Of a stretch of 64,000 bases of DNA, positions 1-10,332 are shown piece by piece. Source of the stretch: Chitinophagaceae bacterium (GTDB lineage Bacteria > Bacteroidota > Bacteroidia > Chitinophagales > Chitinophagaceae); the NCBI GenBank assembly GCA_947454155.1, contig CANGIT010000013.1, positions 27,495 through 91,494 of the forward strand, read 5' to 3'. The translations under genes and the position numbers were made by a program. Positions within the stretch are counted from its first letter, which is position 1. Every line of letters begins with the position of its first letter. The notes below the pieces were generated by a model. It was given only the letters and a program-made list of their open reading frames with translations, did no database searches and was not told the origin of the DNA.

Positions 1-2095
1 CGTCGAAGTTTTTCATCGTGGGGATGTACTCAAACGTGATTTTTTTCAAACGAATATTTGGGTCTTTAGCCAATAATGCCAGCGATTGATTTTGGTTGTA
101 TTCCTGCAATTTTTGCCAGTTGTGCTGCACCATCAACACGGGCTTTGTAAACGTAGAAATGAAATTGGAGCCTTCATACGGATTTTCCCAAGCACCGGTT
201 CTGCGGTCTGTGATCTCAATCAATACAACACCAGATGTGTTACGACCGATCCAATCCGACATGTTGCCGATAAAACGTATGGCCACATCTTGTCCGTAAT
301 TATCTTTTAAGCCGGCATCAATCATATCTGTCTGCGGCTCGGTGGGCAATACCGCATTGGGCAACACAAGTGGAAATGTTGCATTCATTCGGATGGCACT
401 GATGAATCTTGTTTGTAAGGGATTTCTCTTTGTAAAAAAGGAAAGATAATCCACCGCATCAGGGGCCGGTGCCCGATTACCGTATTCACTGTTTTCAGCA
501 CGCATCATAAAACGCATCGGCTGTGTACCAATCAGCATTTTTCTTCCATCTCTGGTAATCACCGGAGCAAAAATGGCCATGGGTATGGCCGCGGTTTTTT
601 CAGCCTCTGCATAATCACCCAGATTTCCACAGAACAAACCTCCCAGGTTTTCGTTGAGTCTTTTTTCAAATGCATAGGCTCTGTCTTTTTTATAACGGTA
701 ATTTCCCGAATTGAAATATAGCGATGGCGCTATCAGATCCCTCGCTACCAAAGAGCTGAAAATGGGATTGAGCAAATCTTTGGAAACGTTTTCTGTGTAA
801 GCATGATTGCGAATATTTATGCTGTCGCCATTGGACCTTTTTTGATATAGTGCCCTGAAGTACATACCGCCTATCATGCCGCCGGAAATGCCCGATAGGA
901 GGGCCGTTTTCTTCATTAGCAAACCATTCGACAATGAATCGAGTTGTTGCAACACATTCATGGTAAAAGTTGCGCTTCTGTTTCCACCACCACTCATGCA
1001 TAAAATATACATCAAGGGTTTTTCTTCTTGCTGATGCAACTTCCAGGCATCTAACAACAGCTCCATGTTTTTTTTGTCAGAAGCCACACTGTCTTTGTTC
1101 AATAAAGCCAGAATCGCATCCTCATCATATTTCTCTTTAGGTATTTTGTTTGAGTAATCAAGGCCGAAAACAGAAGTACCGGTTTGAATCAGCTGAGTAT
1201 CGTTAAAATAACTGATAGTGAAAATGAGCACAACAAACCCTACAATGCTCCAGTTTTTTAAGAGGAATGAAAAGACACCGGACATGGCTATCAGAAAGGA
1301 TAAAAAGATGATCATCGCCGCTCCGGCCGGAAGTTCAAAAAATGGAATATCAAGCAACATGCCGATGCTGATCAGAAAACCGAAGGCAATAACCATGGCA
1401 ATAACAGCCATGAAATTATGTCGACCCAATACACGATTGACAAATGATTTTTCGTAGTGAGAAACATCTCTGGGTGTTCTTATTTTGAACGGCGTGCTGA
1501 GATAGTTTTTTACTTTCATCAGCCGACTCTGAAAAAGCGGATTGGATAAATTTTCATGAGGACGTTTCTCGTTGGACATCGCCTGAAATCGAGAAGTTTT
1601 TCCAATTCGAAAAAAATAAACAAATGAAATATACACCTGCAAGGCAAGGCCTGCAACAAAACCCAATATGATCAGAAGTGAATGAAGAAATGAACTGTAC
1701 TGATGATACATGTTATAGTTGAAAGACAATACCATGAACAAGAGAATATAAAAAACAGGAAATACAAAATTATTGATGCAGTATTTTAAAAACGGGTGAC
1801 GGGTAGCCACGAGAAAATTAAAATGTCGATGGTGTAAAATAAACGTTGTGATATTCCAGCTCATGGTAAAAACACCAAATGCAACTCCCATAATTGCTCC
1901 TGATACAAATCCGATGTGCCCCAGATACTCCGGCATTAAAAACATGGTTGGCACACCAAATTTTGAAAGCAAGGTGCCGCTCATAAAGCCAATCAATAAA
2001 AGCCATGGTATCAGCAACAATTGATTGACCTTGAAATGAAGGAAAAAAAGTTGTGCGGGAAAAGAATAGTAAATATTACCCAATAATCTTTTCAT
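1..2095 (-). CDS. Membrane-anchored patatin-like phospholipase (3' end runs off the window)
   Basis: Not in the ORF track (no stop in window). Manual translation from ATG 2095 (MKRLLGNIYYSFPAQ...) gives a hydrophobic N-terminal half, then the patatin motifs SGGGNRS (~975-995), SGISGG (~880-895) and DAG (311-319), all checked to be in the same frame. Confidence 0.85.
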   Translation of the reverse strand, partial: MKRLLGNIYYSFPAQLFFLHFKVNQLLLIPWLLLIGFMSGTLLSKFGVPTMFLMPEYLGHIGFVSGAIMGVAFGVFTMSWNITTFILHHRHFNFLVATRHPFLKYCINNFVFPVFYILLFMVLSFNYNMYHQYSSFLHSLLIILGFVAGLALQVYISFVYFFRIGKTSRFQAMSNEKRPHENLSNPLFQSRLMKVKNYLSTPFKIRTPRDVSHYEKSFVNRVLGRHNFMAVIAMVIAFGFLISIGMLLDIPFFELPAGAAMIIFLSFLIAMSGVFSFLLKNWSIVGFVVLIFTISYFNDTQLIQTGTSVFGLDYSNKIPKEKYDEDAILALLNKDSVASDKKNMELLLDAWKLHQQEEKPLMYILCMSGGGNRSATFTMNVLQQLDSLSNGLLMKKTALLSGISGGMIGGMYFRALYQKRSNGDSINIRNHAYTENVSKDLLNPIFSSLVARDLIAPSLYFNSGNYRYKKDRAYAFEKRLNENLGGLFCGNLGDYAEAEKTAAIPMAIFAPVITRDGRKMLIGTQPMRFMMRAENSEYGNRAPAPDAVDYLSFFTKRNPLQTRFISAIRMNATFPLVLPNAVLPTEPQTDMIDAGLKDNYGQDVAIRFIGNMSDWIGRNTSGVVLIEITDRRTGAWENPYEGSNFISTFTKPVLMVQHNWQKLQEYNQNQSLALLAKDPNIRLKKITFEYIPTMKNFD

Positions 2096-2364
2096 GTATG
2101 TTTTGTTGTTGTGCTTCTTCTTTCAAGTGCATGCTGTATATGCACATTCTTCTTCAGCTTTTTAATAAAGCTATTTTCAACTTCCTTTTCTGCAAGCTGA
2201 TTCCAGCTTTTGTTGAATGCGTTAAAGAAAATTGAATTCGTTGCCGAAACTATTGTTTCTTTTTTTTCTTAACAAACAATTGGAAAACTATTGTGGTAAA
2301 TGAAGATAAATTCAATTGTCGCCAAGCCTTGTGTTGTTTCACTCTACATCAAAACCCTACACAT

Positions 2365-3828
2365 ATGAAGATCAAACACGTCGCCGCCACAGTTGCGCTT
2401 ACTGTTCTAACGCTCATCACCTGTAAGTTCTGGAATCGTTCAGAAAACAAGCCAACTGTTTCTATTATTCAGCCGCCAATTCCCACTGCAGATGTGCCCT
2501 TTTCGGCTTACGCTGTAGATGCCGACAAAGGCGAAATCCTTCATTTTTCATCTGGCTCTTCCATCATTTTCCCGTCCGGTGCTTTTGTTGATGAATCCGG
2601 AAAACCAGTTCACGGTAAAGTAGATGTCGTCTATCGTGAATTTTCAAGCCCCATCGATTTTTTTCTTTCCGGTATTCCGATGCAATATGATTCGGCTGGA
2701 ACCACATACAATTTCGAGTCGGCCGGCATGTGTGATGTCAGAGCCTTTAAAGACAAAAAACCTGTGTTTGTAAATCCTGCCGTGAAGCCCGTTGTTAACC
2801 TGGTTAGTCACGATGCGGCAGAGGATTACAGTTTATACTATCTAGATACCGCTAATAAAAAATGGGTAAATCTGGGTAAAAGCAAAGTCCTTCAAGTACA
2901 GACACCGGCAATAACAGAAGATTTTTCAACCATCGAACCTATTGTAATGCCCATAAAACCCGTCATGCCAGAAAAGATCAATGGCGACATGCCTGTCATT
3001 CGGCTGAATGTTGACACTTCTTCATTTGCTGAACTGAGGGCTTTTGACAAGTTGCAGTTTCAGCTCGACAAAAATGAAAATCGTTTTGATCCCAAGGACG
3101 CAACTGAAGAATGGGCCGATTTCAAACTGAATAAACGAAACGGCAATGGTCTCTATGAAATTGGATTCAGCAATAAAACCAGATCGGTAAACTACCTGGC
3201 GAAACCTGTTTTGGATGAAAAAGATTATAAAAAGGGGCTCGAAATTTTTAATGCTGAAATGAGGAAATATGAGAAAAAATTGATCAGCCTCAAAGAAGAA
3301 AGGGAGAGTAAAATAATAACGCTACAAAGAATCGATTCCCTGAATAATATCGCCATTGATAAAGAAAACGAACAAATGGAGAAAAGAAACAAAGTAGTCA
3401 TGGCCGAAAACTATAGGATTACCAAAGAGAACATAAAAGATATGAATTCCTTGATGAGGTCATTTGAGATTACCGGTTTCGGCGTTTGGAATTGCGACAG
3501 ACCCCGACCTGTTTATTTTAAAGGGCAATTTCAAGTTGTTGCCCATTTTTTGGATGAGAACAAAATAAATCTGGCGCTGAGCAAGAAAAACGTCTTTTAC
3601 AAATCTGTCAATGGATTGACACCTTTTGAGGGAGAAAAGATTGCTCTGGCTCAGTTTGATGAGAACATGATCATCGGTACGAGTTCTGATACTTTTTACT
3701 ATGCAAGCTATGAGAATGTAAAAGCCATGAAATTGTCTCCCAATGTAAAAGAATGTAGGATTGTGATGAAACGTGTAGAAAACAAAAACAATAACTATTC
3801 CTATATCACAAAACTTTTTGGAAACTAG
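2365..3828 (+). CDS. Hypothetical exported protein with a coiled-coil middle region
   Basis: 511-aa ORF; more likely start ATG 2365 (MKIKHVAATVALTVLTLITC, signal/lipoprotein-like); followed by a terminator. Confidence 0.75.
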   Translation: MKIKHVAATVALTVLTLITCKFWNRSENKPTVSIIQPPIPTADVPFSAYAVDADKGEILHFSSGSSIIFPSGAFVDESGKPVHGKVDVVYREFSSPIDFFLSGIPMQYDSAGTTYNFESAGMCDVRAFKDKKPVFVNPAVKPVVNLVSHDAAEDYSLYYLDTANKKWVNLGKSKVLQVQTPAITEDFSTIEPIVMPIKPVMPEKINGDMPVIRLNVDTSSFAELRAFDKLQFQLDKNENRFDPKDATEEWADFKLNKRNGNGLYEIGFSNKTRSVNYLAKPVLDEKDYKKGLEIFNAEMRKYEKKLISLKEERESKIITLQRIDSLNNIAIDKENEQMEKRNKVVMAENYRITKENIKDMNSLMRSFEITGFGVWNCDRPRPVYFKGQFQVVAHFLDENKINLALSKKNVFYKSVNGLTPFEGEKIALAQFDENMIIGTSSDTFYYASYENVKAMKLSPNVKECRIVMKRVENKNNNYSYITKLFGN

Positions 3829-3855
3829 TTCGTTCCTCCGTGCCTTTCTCTATGG

Positions 3856-3881
3856 CCCCGTTCTTCAGAACGGGGTTTTTT
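3856..3881 (+). terminator. Intrinsic terminator
   Basis: CCCCGTTC-ttca-GAACGGGG followed by T6. Confidence 0.85.
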
Positions 3882-3995
3882 AATATTTCGTGCTGATGAT
3901 TTTAATTTAGCTTCGTTCATCAGCAGGCATCTTTTATATTCATTCTATACCAATAATATTTTTAACTACCGTAAAGGCATAATAGCTAAATCTGC

Positions 3996-4685
3996 ATGAT
4001 TAAATATTTTTTGTCTCTGTTTATTGTTTCTGTTGTTTTAGTTTCTTCCTTATGCGGCTGTGGCAGTAAGAAAACACATTCCTACGAAACCACCGCAAAG
4101 ACCTTTCCAAGCAAACCTAAAATTGGTCTTCATCATCTGGAAAAACTATGGGTGATTGGCGATTTTGATGGCGATGGCCAATCCGACACCCTTTTTCAAC
4201 ATTCTGTTTCACATATCACAAAAAAAGAAATCGACAGCGCGGCCGATCCTTTTCAAAATGATTGGGATACAGTGATTGACTGGTTTTACCAACAACAGGC
4301 GGAAGTTTATTTATCCCTTAAAAACAACGACAACTTGCATTTGGGAGCGGCTCAAGGACTTTATTGCCTAATCAATATTGGCGACAACAATGGCGACGGA
4401 AAAGATGAAGTTGCCTTGGTGACAGATCGGTTGGATTACAGCAATGTGAACAGTTGTGAGATTTTTTCTTTGTGTAAAAGCAAATGGACCTCTTTGTTTC
4501 GTTTTGGCATACACGAAGACGCTTTCAATTTTACAACGGACAAAGCACCTGTTTTTAATTGTATTAAAGAGTATCTGGAAATAAAGAATGGAAAATGGTA
4601 TTATAAAGACTATTCTCAAAATGAATATGATAGTAAAGAAGAAGTGGGAAAAATGAAACGATTAAAAATTGATGCCTGTGATTAA
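3996..4685 (+). CDS. Hypothetical lipoprotein with FG-GAP-like GDxDGDG motifs
   Basis: Signal peptide with LCGC lipobox-like end; GDFDGDGQSD and GDNNGDGKDE motifs. Confidence 0.7.
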   Translation: MIKYFLSLFIVSVVLVSSLCGCGSKKTHSYETTAKTFPSKPKIGLHHLEKLWVIGDFDGDGQSDTLFQHSVSHITKKEIDSAADPFQNDWDTVIDWFYQQQAEVYLSLKNNDNLHLGAAQGLYCLINIGDNNGDGKDEVALVTDRLDYSNVNSCEIFSLCKSKWTSLFRFGIHEDAFNFTTDKAPVFNCIKEYLEIKNGKWYYKDYSQNEYDSKEEVGKMKRLKIDACD

Positions 4686-5085
4686 GATCCACTTCCTGCG
4701 CTTTTTTAATTTTTCGTTCGCTACACAGTTTTGATGATTGTTGTTTGGGGCGTGATGTGAAGAGTTGTAAAGCCTAACAACATGAACTTTAAAATTTAAT
4801 GATAAAAGGCCTTCGTTGATTCGAGGGACTTTTGATTTGAAATCGTTTTATTTCATAGCCGACCATTTATATTGTGGTCTGATAATTTTCGGCATGTTTC
4901 CTCATCACAATCCGGTTAATACACATACCAATAGATGTATTATTCTCTTTTCCGATTGTTATTTTTCAGCTATTGTATTCTTTCTGTCTTTCTCACTTAA
5001 TTACATTTATTTTTACACAACCTCTATTTGTTGTTTTTTTCTTTGAAATGGACAACATGCATTCATCATTAAATTATCCTTACAG

Positions 5086-5916
5086 ATGAACAACAATATA
5101 CACGCCTGTCTTTGGTTTGATAACAATGGTGCAGAGGCCGCATCTTTCTATTGTTCGGTGTTTCCGAATTCAACAATCATGTCGCAAAATCCGGTCATCA
5201 CCGCTTTCAACTTAAATGGTTTGCCGATGAAAGCTTTAAATGGCGGCCCACAGTTTCAAAAGAATCCATCTGTATCCATAACGGTAAATTGCAATGAAAT
5301 GTCTAAAACGCATGAAATCTGGAATGCTTTAACAGAAGGAGGTTCGGTGATGATGCCCATCGGCAATTATGCTTGGAGTGAATGTTACGGATGGACAAAC
5401 GATCGTTATGGCATGAGCTGGCAAATCAACTATGTACCAAACGCTTCTTCAGCGATTTCATTGATGCCGTCATTGCTCTTTACCAATGATTATTATGGCA
5501 AAGCGGAAGAGGCCGTTCGATTTTATACTTCTCTTTTTGCTGATTCGACCATTGATGTTATGACGGCTTATCCCAAAGATCATCCCTTTGAGGGTCATTT
5601 AATGTATAGTTCTTTCAAACTTGATGGCAGGAGTTTTGTAGCGATGGATGGTCCTGGTGAGCATAAGTTTCAATTCAACGAAGGAATTTCATTTGTTGTG
5701 GAATGTGAAGATCAGGAAGAAATAGATAGATATTGGTATGCACTTACCATGGAAGGAAAGGAAAACAAATGCGGATGGTTGCAAGACAAGTTTGGGGTGA
5801 GCTGGCAAGTGCTGCCCAAAAACCTGGGCCAATTGCTTTTTCAAAGTGATGACTCCAAAAAAGCTATGCAAGCTTTGATGCGGATGAATAAAATCATCAT
5901 CAGTGATCTGCAATAA
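5086..5916 (+). CDS. Two-domain VOC / PhnB-like (3-demethylubiquinone-9 3-methyltransferase family) protein
   Basis: Duplicated domain with CLWFDNNGAEAASFY, ALNGGPQF, DRYGMSWQ and CGWLQDKFGVSWQV motifs. Confidence 0.85.
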   Translation: MNNNIHACLWFDNNGAEAASFYCSVFPNSTIMSQNPVITAFNLNGLPMKALNGGPQFQKNPSVSITVNCNEMSKTHEIWNALTEGGSVMMPIGNYAWSECYGWTNDRYGMSWQINYVPNASSAISLMPSLLFTNDYYGKAEEAVRFYTSLFADSTIDVMTAYPKDHPFEGHLMYSSFKLDGRSFVAMDGPGEHKFQFNEGISFVVECEDQEEIDRYWYALTMEGKENKCGWLQDKFGVSWQVLPKNLGQLLFQSDDSKKAMQALMRMNKIIISDLQ

Positions 5917-6012
5917 TGCAGCTTCCACTTTAGATTTTTCCTTTTTTGGTGGAGGTTTTGTTTCTTTATGTAAAAGGATGTTATTTTATGCTTCACCCAA
6001 TTTCTTTTATAA

Positions 6013-6297
6013 ATGAATGCAGTCAAAACATTTCGAATTATTGCCCTGGCAGAAGGTATTTCTTTTCTCATACTTTTAGGCATTGCGATGCCGCTGAAAT
6101 ATTTTTTTCATTGGCCCGATGCGGTTAGGTTTTTTGGAATGGCACATGGCGGACTTTTTGTTGGCTTTGTGATCATGGCCTTTAATGTGATGAGTGTTCA
6201 AAACAAAAACTATGGCTGGTTTTTTATGGCCTTGTTGCTTTCTGTTCTTCCTTTCGGTACGTTTTACCTGGATAAAAAAATGAAAGAAGAAGGTTGA
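6013..6297 (+). CDS. DUF3817 small membrane protein
   Basis: FRIIALAEGISFLILLGIAMPLKY...GMAHG...PFGTF pattern. Confidence 0.8.
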   Translation: MNAVKTFRIIALAEGISFLILLGIAMPLKYFFHWPDAVRFFGMAHGGLFVGFVIMAFNVMSVQNKNYGWFFMALLLSVLPFGTFYLDKKMKEEG

Positions 6298-6459
6298 TGG
6301 TCTGAAGACAATAATCAACCGCTCTTGCATTTGAAGTGTGGAATGAATGAATTATTATTCAACTGCTATCAAAACTCTGGGAAATAGAAAAAAACGATAG
6401 AAGCAGGTTAAAAAACGTTGAGATTTTGAGTTTCCATGTTGAATTTGCATTGAGATTAA

Positions 6460-6485
6460 TTTAGCACGATTTAAATCGTGCTAAA
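6460..6485. repeat. REP-like perfect palindrome, copy 1
   Basis: TTTAGCACGATTTAAATCGTGCTAAA, 26-bp perfect palindrome; core GCACGATTTAAATCGTGC. Confidence 0.9.
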
Positions 6486-6650
6486 ACGAATTTTCCTCTT
6501 TCTCTCTCATTTGCTTTTTTGAAAATATCATTTTTCTATTTTTTATACCCCGGATGCTTGTCTAAAAAACTGAAAGAAAACGGGAATAATACAGTTCGAC
6601 ATAAGGACTAATTTGAAAAAGAAATGTGATTTTTGAAAGTGAATTTTTTA

Positions 6651-6674
6651 ATAGCACGATTTAAATCGTGCTAT
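6651..6674. repeat. REP-like perfect palindrome, copy 2
   Basis: ATAGCACGATTTAAATCGTGCTAT, 24-bp perfect palindrome, 190 bp from copy 1. Confidence 0.9.
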
Positions 6675-6821
6675 CAAAGCCTTTGCTATTTTTTAACCTC
6701 ATTGTTTTTTATTTTACTTTTCTGAATTCCCGAGCTTTTATTTTGAGTTTTGGTTTTCTAGTATGATGTTTAATTACTTTTTATATCTTCGGTTCTATTA
6801 CAATACTTTAAACAATTAGTT

Positions 6822-7412
6822 ATGCATTCCAATTTTTTTGACTCCAGCAGCTACTTTATCGATGAAAAAGTAAACTTTCTGAAATTTGAGAATTGCTATA
6901 ATATTTACAATGATAGCGGCATCCATATTGGCGCCATCAAGCAAAAGCTGACCTTTGGACAAAAAATTCTTAGAATGTTGCTTAATAAAAGCATGTTGCC
7001 TTTCTTGCTCGAAATCAAAAACACTCACGATCAGGTGGAGGCTTCCATATCCAGGGGCTGGACTTTTTTCATGTCTAAAATCGTTATCAAAGATCCTAAT
7101 GGTTTTCCTATCGGCACCATTCAGCAAAAATTTAAGCTGTTTACGCCCACTTTTAAAATTTATGACAACAGCGGAATGTTGGTGGCAGAAATAACGGGTG
7201 ATTGGAAGGCCTGGAATTTTGTAATCAAAGATCCTGCTCAAAGAGGTATTGGCATGATTACCAAAAAATGGGCTGGTGCCTTAAAAGAAATTTTTACTAC
7301 TGCGGATAAATACAATGTAATGTTGGATGGTAATATCAACAACAGGGAGCATAAGATTGCCATTCTTTCTGCTGCCATTACCATTGATATGGTGTTGAAA
7401 GAAAGCAAATAA
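6822..7412 (+). CDS. LURP-one / phospholipid scramblase-like protein
   Basis: Repeated beta-strand units (IGAIKQK, IGTIQQKFKLFTPTFKI, GDWKAWNF, FTTADKY) and C-terminal AILSAAITID helix. Confidence 0.75.
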   Translation: MHSNFFDSSSYFIDEKVNFLKFENCYNIYNDSGIHIGAIKQKLTFGQKILRMLLNKSMLPFLLEIKNTHDQVEASISRGWTFFMSKIVIKDPNGFPIGTIQQKFKLFTPTFKIYDNSGMLVAEITGDWKAWNFVIKDPAQRGIGMITKKWAGALKEIFTTADKYNVMLDGNINNREHKIAILSAAITIDMVLKESK

Positions 7413-7473
7413 TAGCTGTTGATCAACTATTGGCCTTTGAGGTGAGCAGATGAGTAAAATCCTATTTCCTCAT

Positions 7474-8754
7474 TCAATTGCAGCGTTCGCTTACCACATT
7501 TCCATCAATTATCACCACACACACGTTTGAGGTGTATTCGAATGGATCGCCGTTGTAAAGAACCAGATCTGCATCTTTGCCTTTTTCAATACTGCCAACC
7601 CTGCTATCGACTCCAAGTAATTTTGCAGGATTGATGGTGATGGTTTTGATGGCATCTTCAAATGTCAACCCATTTGCCATCGCTACAGCCGCCTCCATTA
7701 AAATAATTCTGGTCTTTGGTACATAGCCCTCATATCCACTTTCAATGGAAACAGGAATGCCTGCTGCCGTCAATGTGGCTGCTGTTGCCCTGCTCATGTT
7801 AATCATATCGCCGTCGTTTCTGGCCATGGTGGCATGCAGCACAATTTCGGCTTTGGCCGTTTTTATTTCATTGATCAACCGGTACGACTCTGCCGCTCCA
7901 TCTAATACCAATTTAAAATTGAATTCTTTGGAAAGCCTGATCGCATTCATGATATCCACAGCCGGATTGGCGGTGATTAACGCTTTAATCTCTCCTTTTA
8001 ATAATTTGGACAACGCATCCATTTTCATATCATAAGCCGGACGCTTGCTCGTATCCTTGTCGTTGGATTTTTTAAGATAGTCCTGCGCCTTCATCAACTC
8101 TGCTCTGATCATCGACAACTGTTTGGCTTTGGTGCCGGGTGAGGAAAAGTTGCCGGATACTGATGGACCAATCGTCATCGCCAACATCGAAAAAGGAACC
8201 ACAGTCACTTCGTCTACTGTTCCGGGTTTGGTTTTGGCTATCAGGGTTTGACCGCTAACCAATGCTCCGATACCATGTCCGGTATGAATGGTGGTGACGC
8301 CATATTCACGTACAGTTTTCACCAAAGGCTCGTCAGGATTGTAGGCGTCGATAGCCCTCAATTCTGGCTGAATTGGTGATGATTTTTCAAGCTGATCTTG
8401 GTCTACAGGAATATTCAACACGCCCGACATGCCCACCAATGTGCGCGCATCTACAAGTCCGGGTGTTACCACTTTAGCATTGTATAACTTATAGCCATCT
8501 GGAATCTTAACCTGATCGGCCGATCCGACTGCTTCTATTTTTCCGTCCTTCACCAACACCACACCATTTCGTATCATCGTTGAAGTTACAGTAATCACCG
8601 AATCGGCCTTAATGGCTATCTGGGCTGTCACTGCCAAGGGGAACAAAAAGGCGGTAAAAACTATTGTCTTTTTTAGTTGAAAAATGAGTTTTTTATTCTT
8701 CACGAGATTTATGCGTTTTTTAATTATTTGATTTTGCTGTTGACAATTTTTCAA
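7474..8754 (-). CDS. Amidohydrolase-family protein with degenerate metal site
   Basis: Fold motifs VTPGLVD, AIKTITINPAKLLG, GSIEKGKDADLV, but DART in place of DxHxH. True start probably slightly downstream of 8754. Confidence 0.85.
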   Translation of the reverse strand: MKNCQQQNQIIKKRINLVKNKKLIFQLKKTIVFTAFLFPLAVTAQIAIKADSVITVTSTMIRNGVVLVKDGKIEAVGSADQVKIPDGYKLYNAKVVTPGLVDARTLVGMSGVLNIPVDQDQLEKSSPIQPELRAIDAYNPDEPLVKTVREYGVTTIHTGHGIGALVSGQTLIAKTKPGTVDEVTVVPFSMLAMTIGPSVSGNFSSPGTKAKQLSMIRAELMKAQDYLKKSNDKDTSKRPAYDMKMDALSKLLKGEIKALITANPAVDIMNAIRLSKEFNFKLVLDGAAESYRLINEIKTAKAEIVLHATMARNDGDMINMSRATAATLTAAGIPVSIESGYEGYVPKTRIILMEAAVAMANGLTFEDAIKTITINPAKLLGVDSRVGSIEKGKDADLVLYNGDPFEYTSNVCVVIIDGNVVSERCN

Positions 8755-8769
8755 TTGTTTATTTACACG

Positions 8770-10077
8770 CTATTGTCTGTCTTCTTCTTCATCACCATGC
8801 TGATGATATTCTCCGCGATCGTAATTATATACGCCATATCCACCGGTGAGAAAGGCCTTGTCGGCCTGATTGGAAATGTCATATCTTTTGATGCCTTCTA
8901 CCCATGTTTGTTCCACCTTGGTGTACACACTGAAGGGATCTCCGGAAAGAATGATGAAATCGGCATCTTTTCCTTTTTCCAGCGAGCCGATTCTGGTAGA
9001 GAGATCAATGAGTTTGGCTCCGGTGATGGTCAATCCTTCCAGTGCTTTTTGTCGGCTCATGCCTTCTCTCACCGAAAGTGCGGCGGTTCTTAAAAACAAA
9101 CGGGAGTCTGTAATGCCGTCATCTGTGTGAAACACCACAGGCACTCCAGCTTTTTCCAATACGGCACCTGTTTCCAAAGTGAGATTTACAGCTTCCATTT
9201 TTCCCCCTGGCGCCTCAATATTGATGATGGAACAAGCAACACCTGCCTTGGCGATTTCATCGGCTACTTTCCATCCTTCAGAGAGATGATGCAGTACAAT
9301 CCTGAATCCGAATTCTTTGGAGAGACGGATGGCCGTTAAGATGTCGTTTGATTTGTGGGTGTGAAAATGAACCACCCTTTTTCCATTCAAAACCTCTACC
9401 AATGGCTCCATACGCAAATCGCGTTCGGGCATTTTGGTGCTGTCTTTTCCGGCTTTTTCAATTTTCTTTTTGTACTCCTGCGCCTTCAAAAATAATTCTC
9501 TGACCAATGACGCACTCTTGGCTCTTGTTCCAGGGAAACCATTTCCATTTCGGATGGAGTTGGTGCCATTGGCCATTTTCAGTCCGCCATATACACCTTT
9601 TTCGTTGGTAATCAACAAGTCTTCAATGATTCTGCCCTCTCTCATCTTTAGATAAACCGTCTGTCCGCTCATCAAATGACCCGATCCCGGCATCACATTG
9701 ATAGTAGTAATTCCACCAGCCAGCGCTTTTTTAAATCCGTCGCTGGTGGGGTTGATGGCATCCAGTACCCTGGCTTCAGGGTTAATCGGATTGGATCCGT
9801 CTCCTCCCTCAGGACCTCCCAGATGGGAATGTGTATCAATAAGACCGGGCATGATTGTTTTTCCCGTCACATCTCTTAATTCTGCATCAGCCGGAATGGT
9901 CGTTTTTTCATCACCCACCACAAGAATTTTTCCGTATTGTACTATCATCACTCCTTTTGGAATGGGCATTCCATTGACCGGCAAAATTGTGGCTCCTGTA
10001 AAAACCAATGGCTTTTCCTGTGACCAGATTTTTGTGGTGGCCAACATCATCAAAACAAACAGCATTTTTCTTTTCAT
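8770..10077 (-). CDS. Amidohydrolase-family protein (imidazolonepropionase-like), secreted
   Basis: Signal peptide; MPGLIDTHSH, HFHTH, HHLSEG, FHTDDG, GSLEKGKDADF. Confidence 0.9.
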   Translation of the reverse strand: MKRKMLFVLMMLATTKIWSQEKPLVFTGATILPVNGMPIPKGVMIVQYGKILVVGDEKTTIPADAELRDVTGKTIMPGLIDTHSHLGGPEGGDGSNPINPEARVLDAINPTSDGFKKALAGGITTINVMPGSGHLMSGQTVYLKMREGRIIEDLLITNEKGVYGGLKMANGTNSIRNGNGFPGTRAKSASLVRELFLKAQEYKKKIEKAGKDSTKMPERDLRMEPLVEVLNGKRVVHFHTHKSNDILTAIRLSKEFGFRIVLHHLSEGWKVADEIAKAGVACSIINIEAPGGKMEAVNLTLETGAVLEKAGVPVVFHTDDGITDSRLFLRTAALSVREGMSRQKALEGLTITGAKLIDLSTRIGSLEKGKDADFIILSGDPFSVYTKVEQTWVEGIKRYDISNQADKAFLTGGYGVYNYDRGEYHQHGDEEEDRQ

Positions 10078-10332
10078 ACACTTATTTATAGAGGTCTAAA
10101 GTTATTTAATACAAATCAGATTTATCAATTCAATGAACGGCTAATTCTACGCTATTGAGCTGGTTGGCTCTTGAAAAAGAACATAACTTCTCTTGAGCCA
10201 TTATTTAGAGTATTGATAAGAAAATACGGAAAGGGCTGTACAATAAAGATGAAAAGAGTTCGTTTTAGTGGATGCGCAGCATGAATGGCTACGCTTTAAT
10301 CCAAGCTTTAATTATTTAAAACCCCCTTTTCT

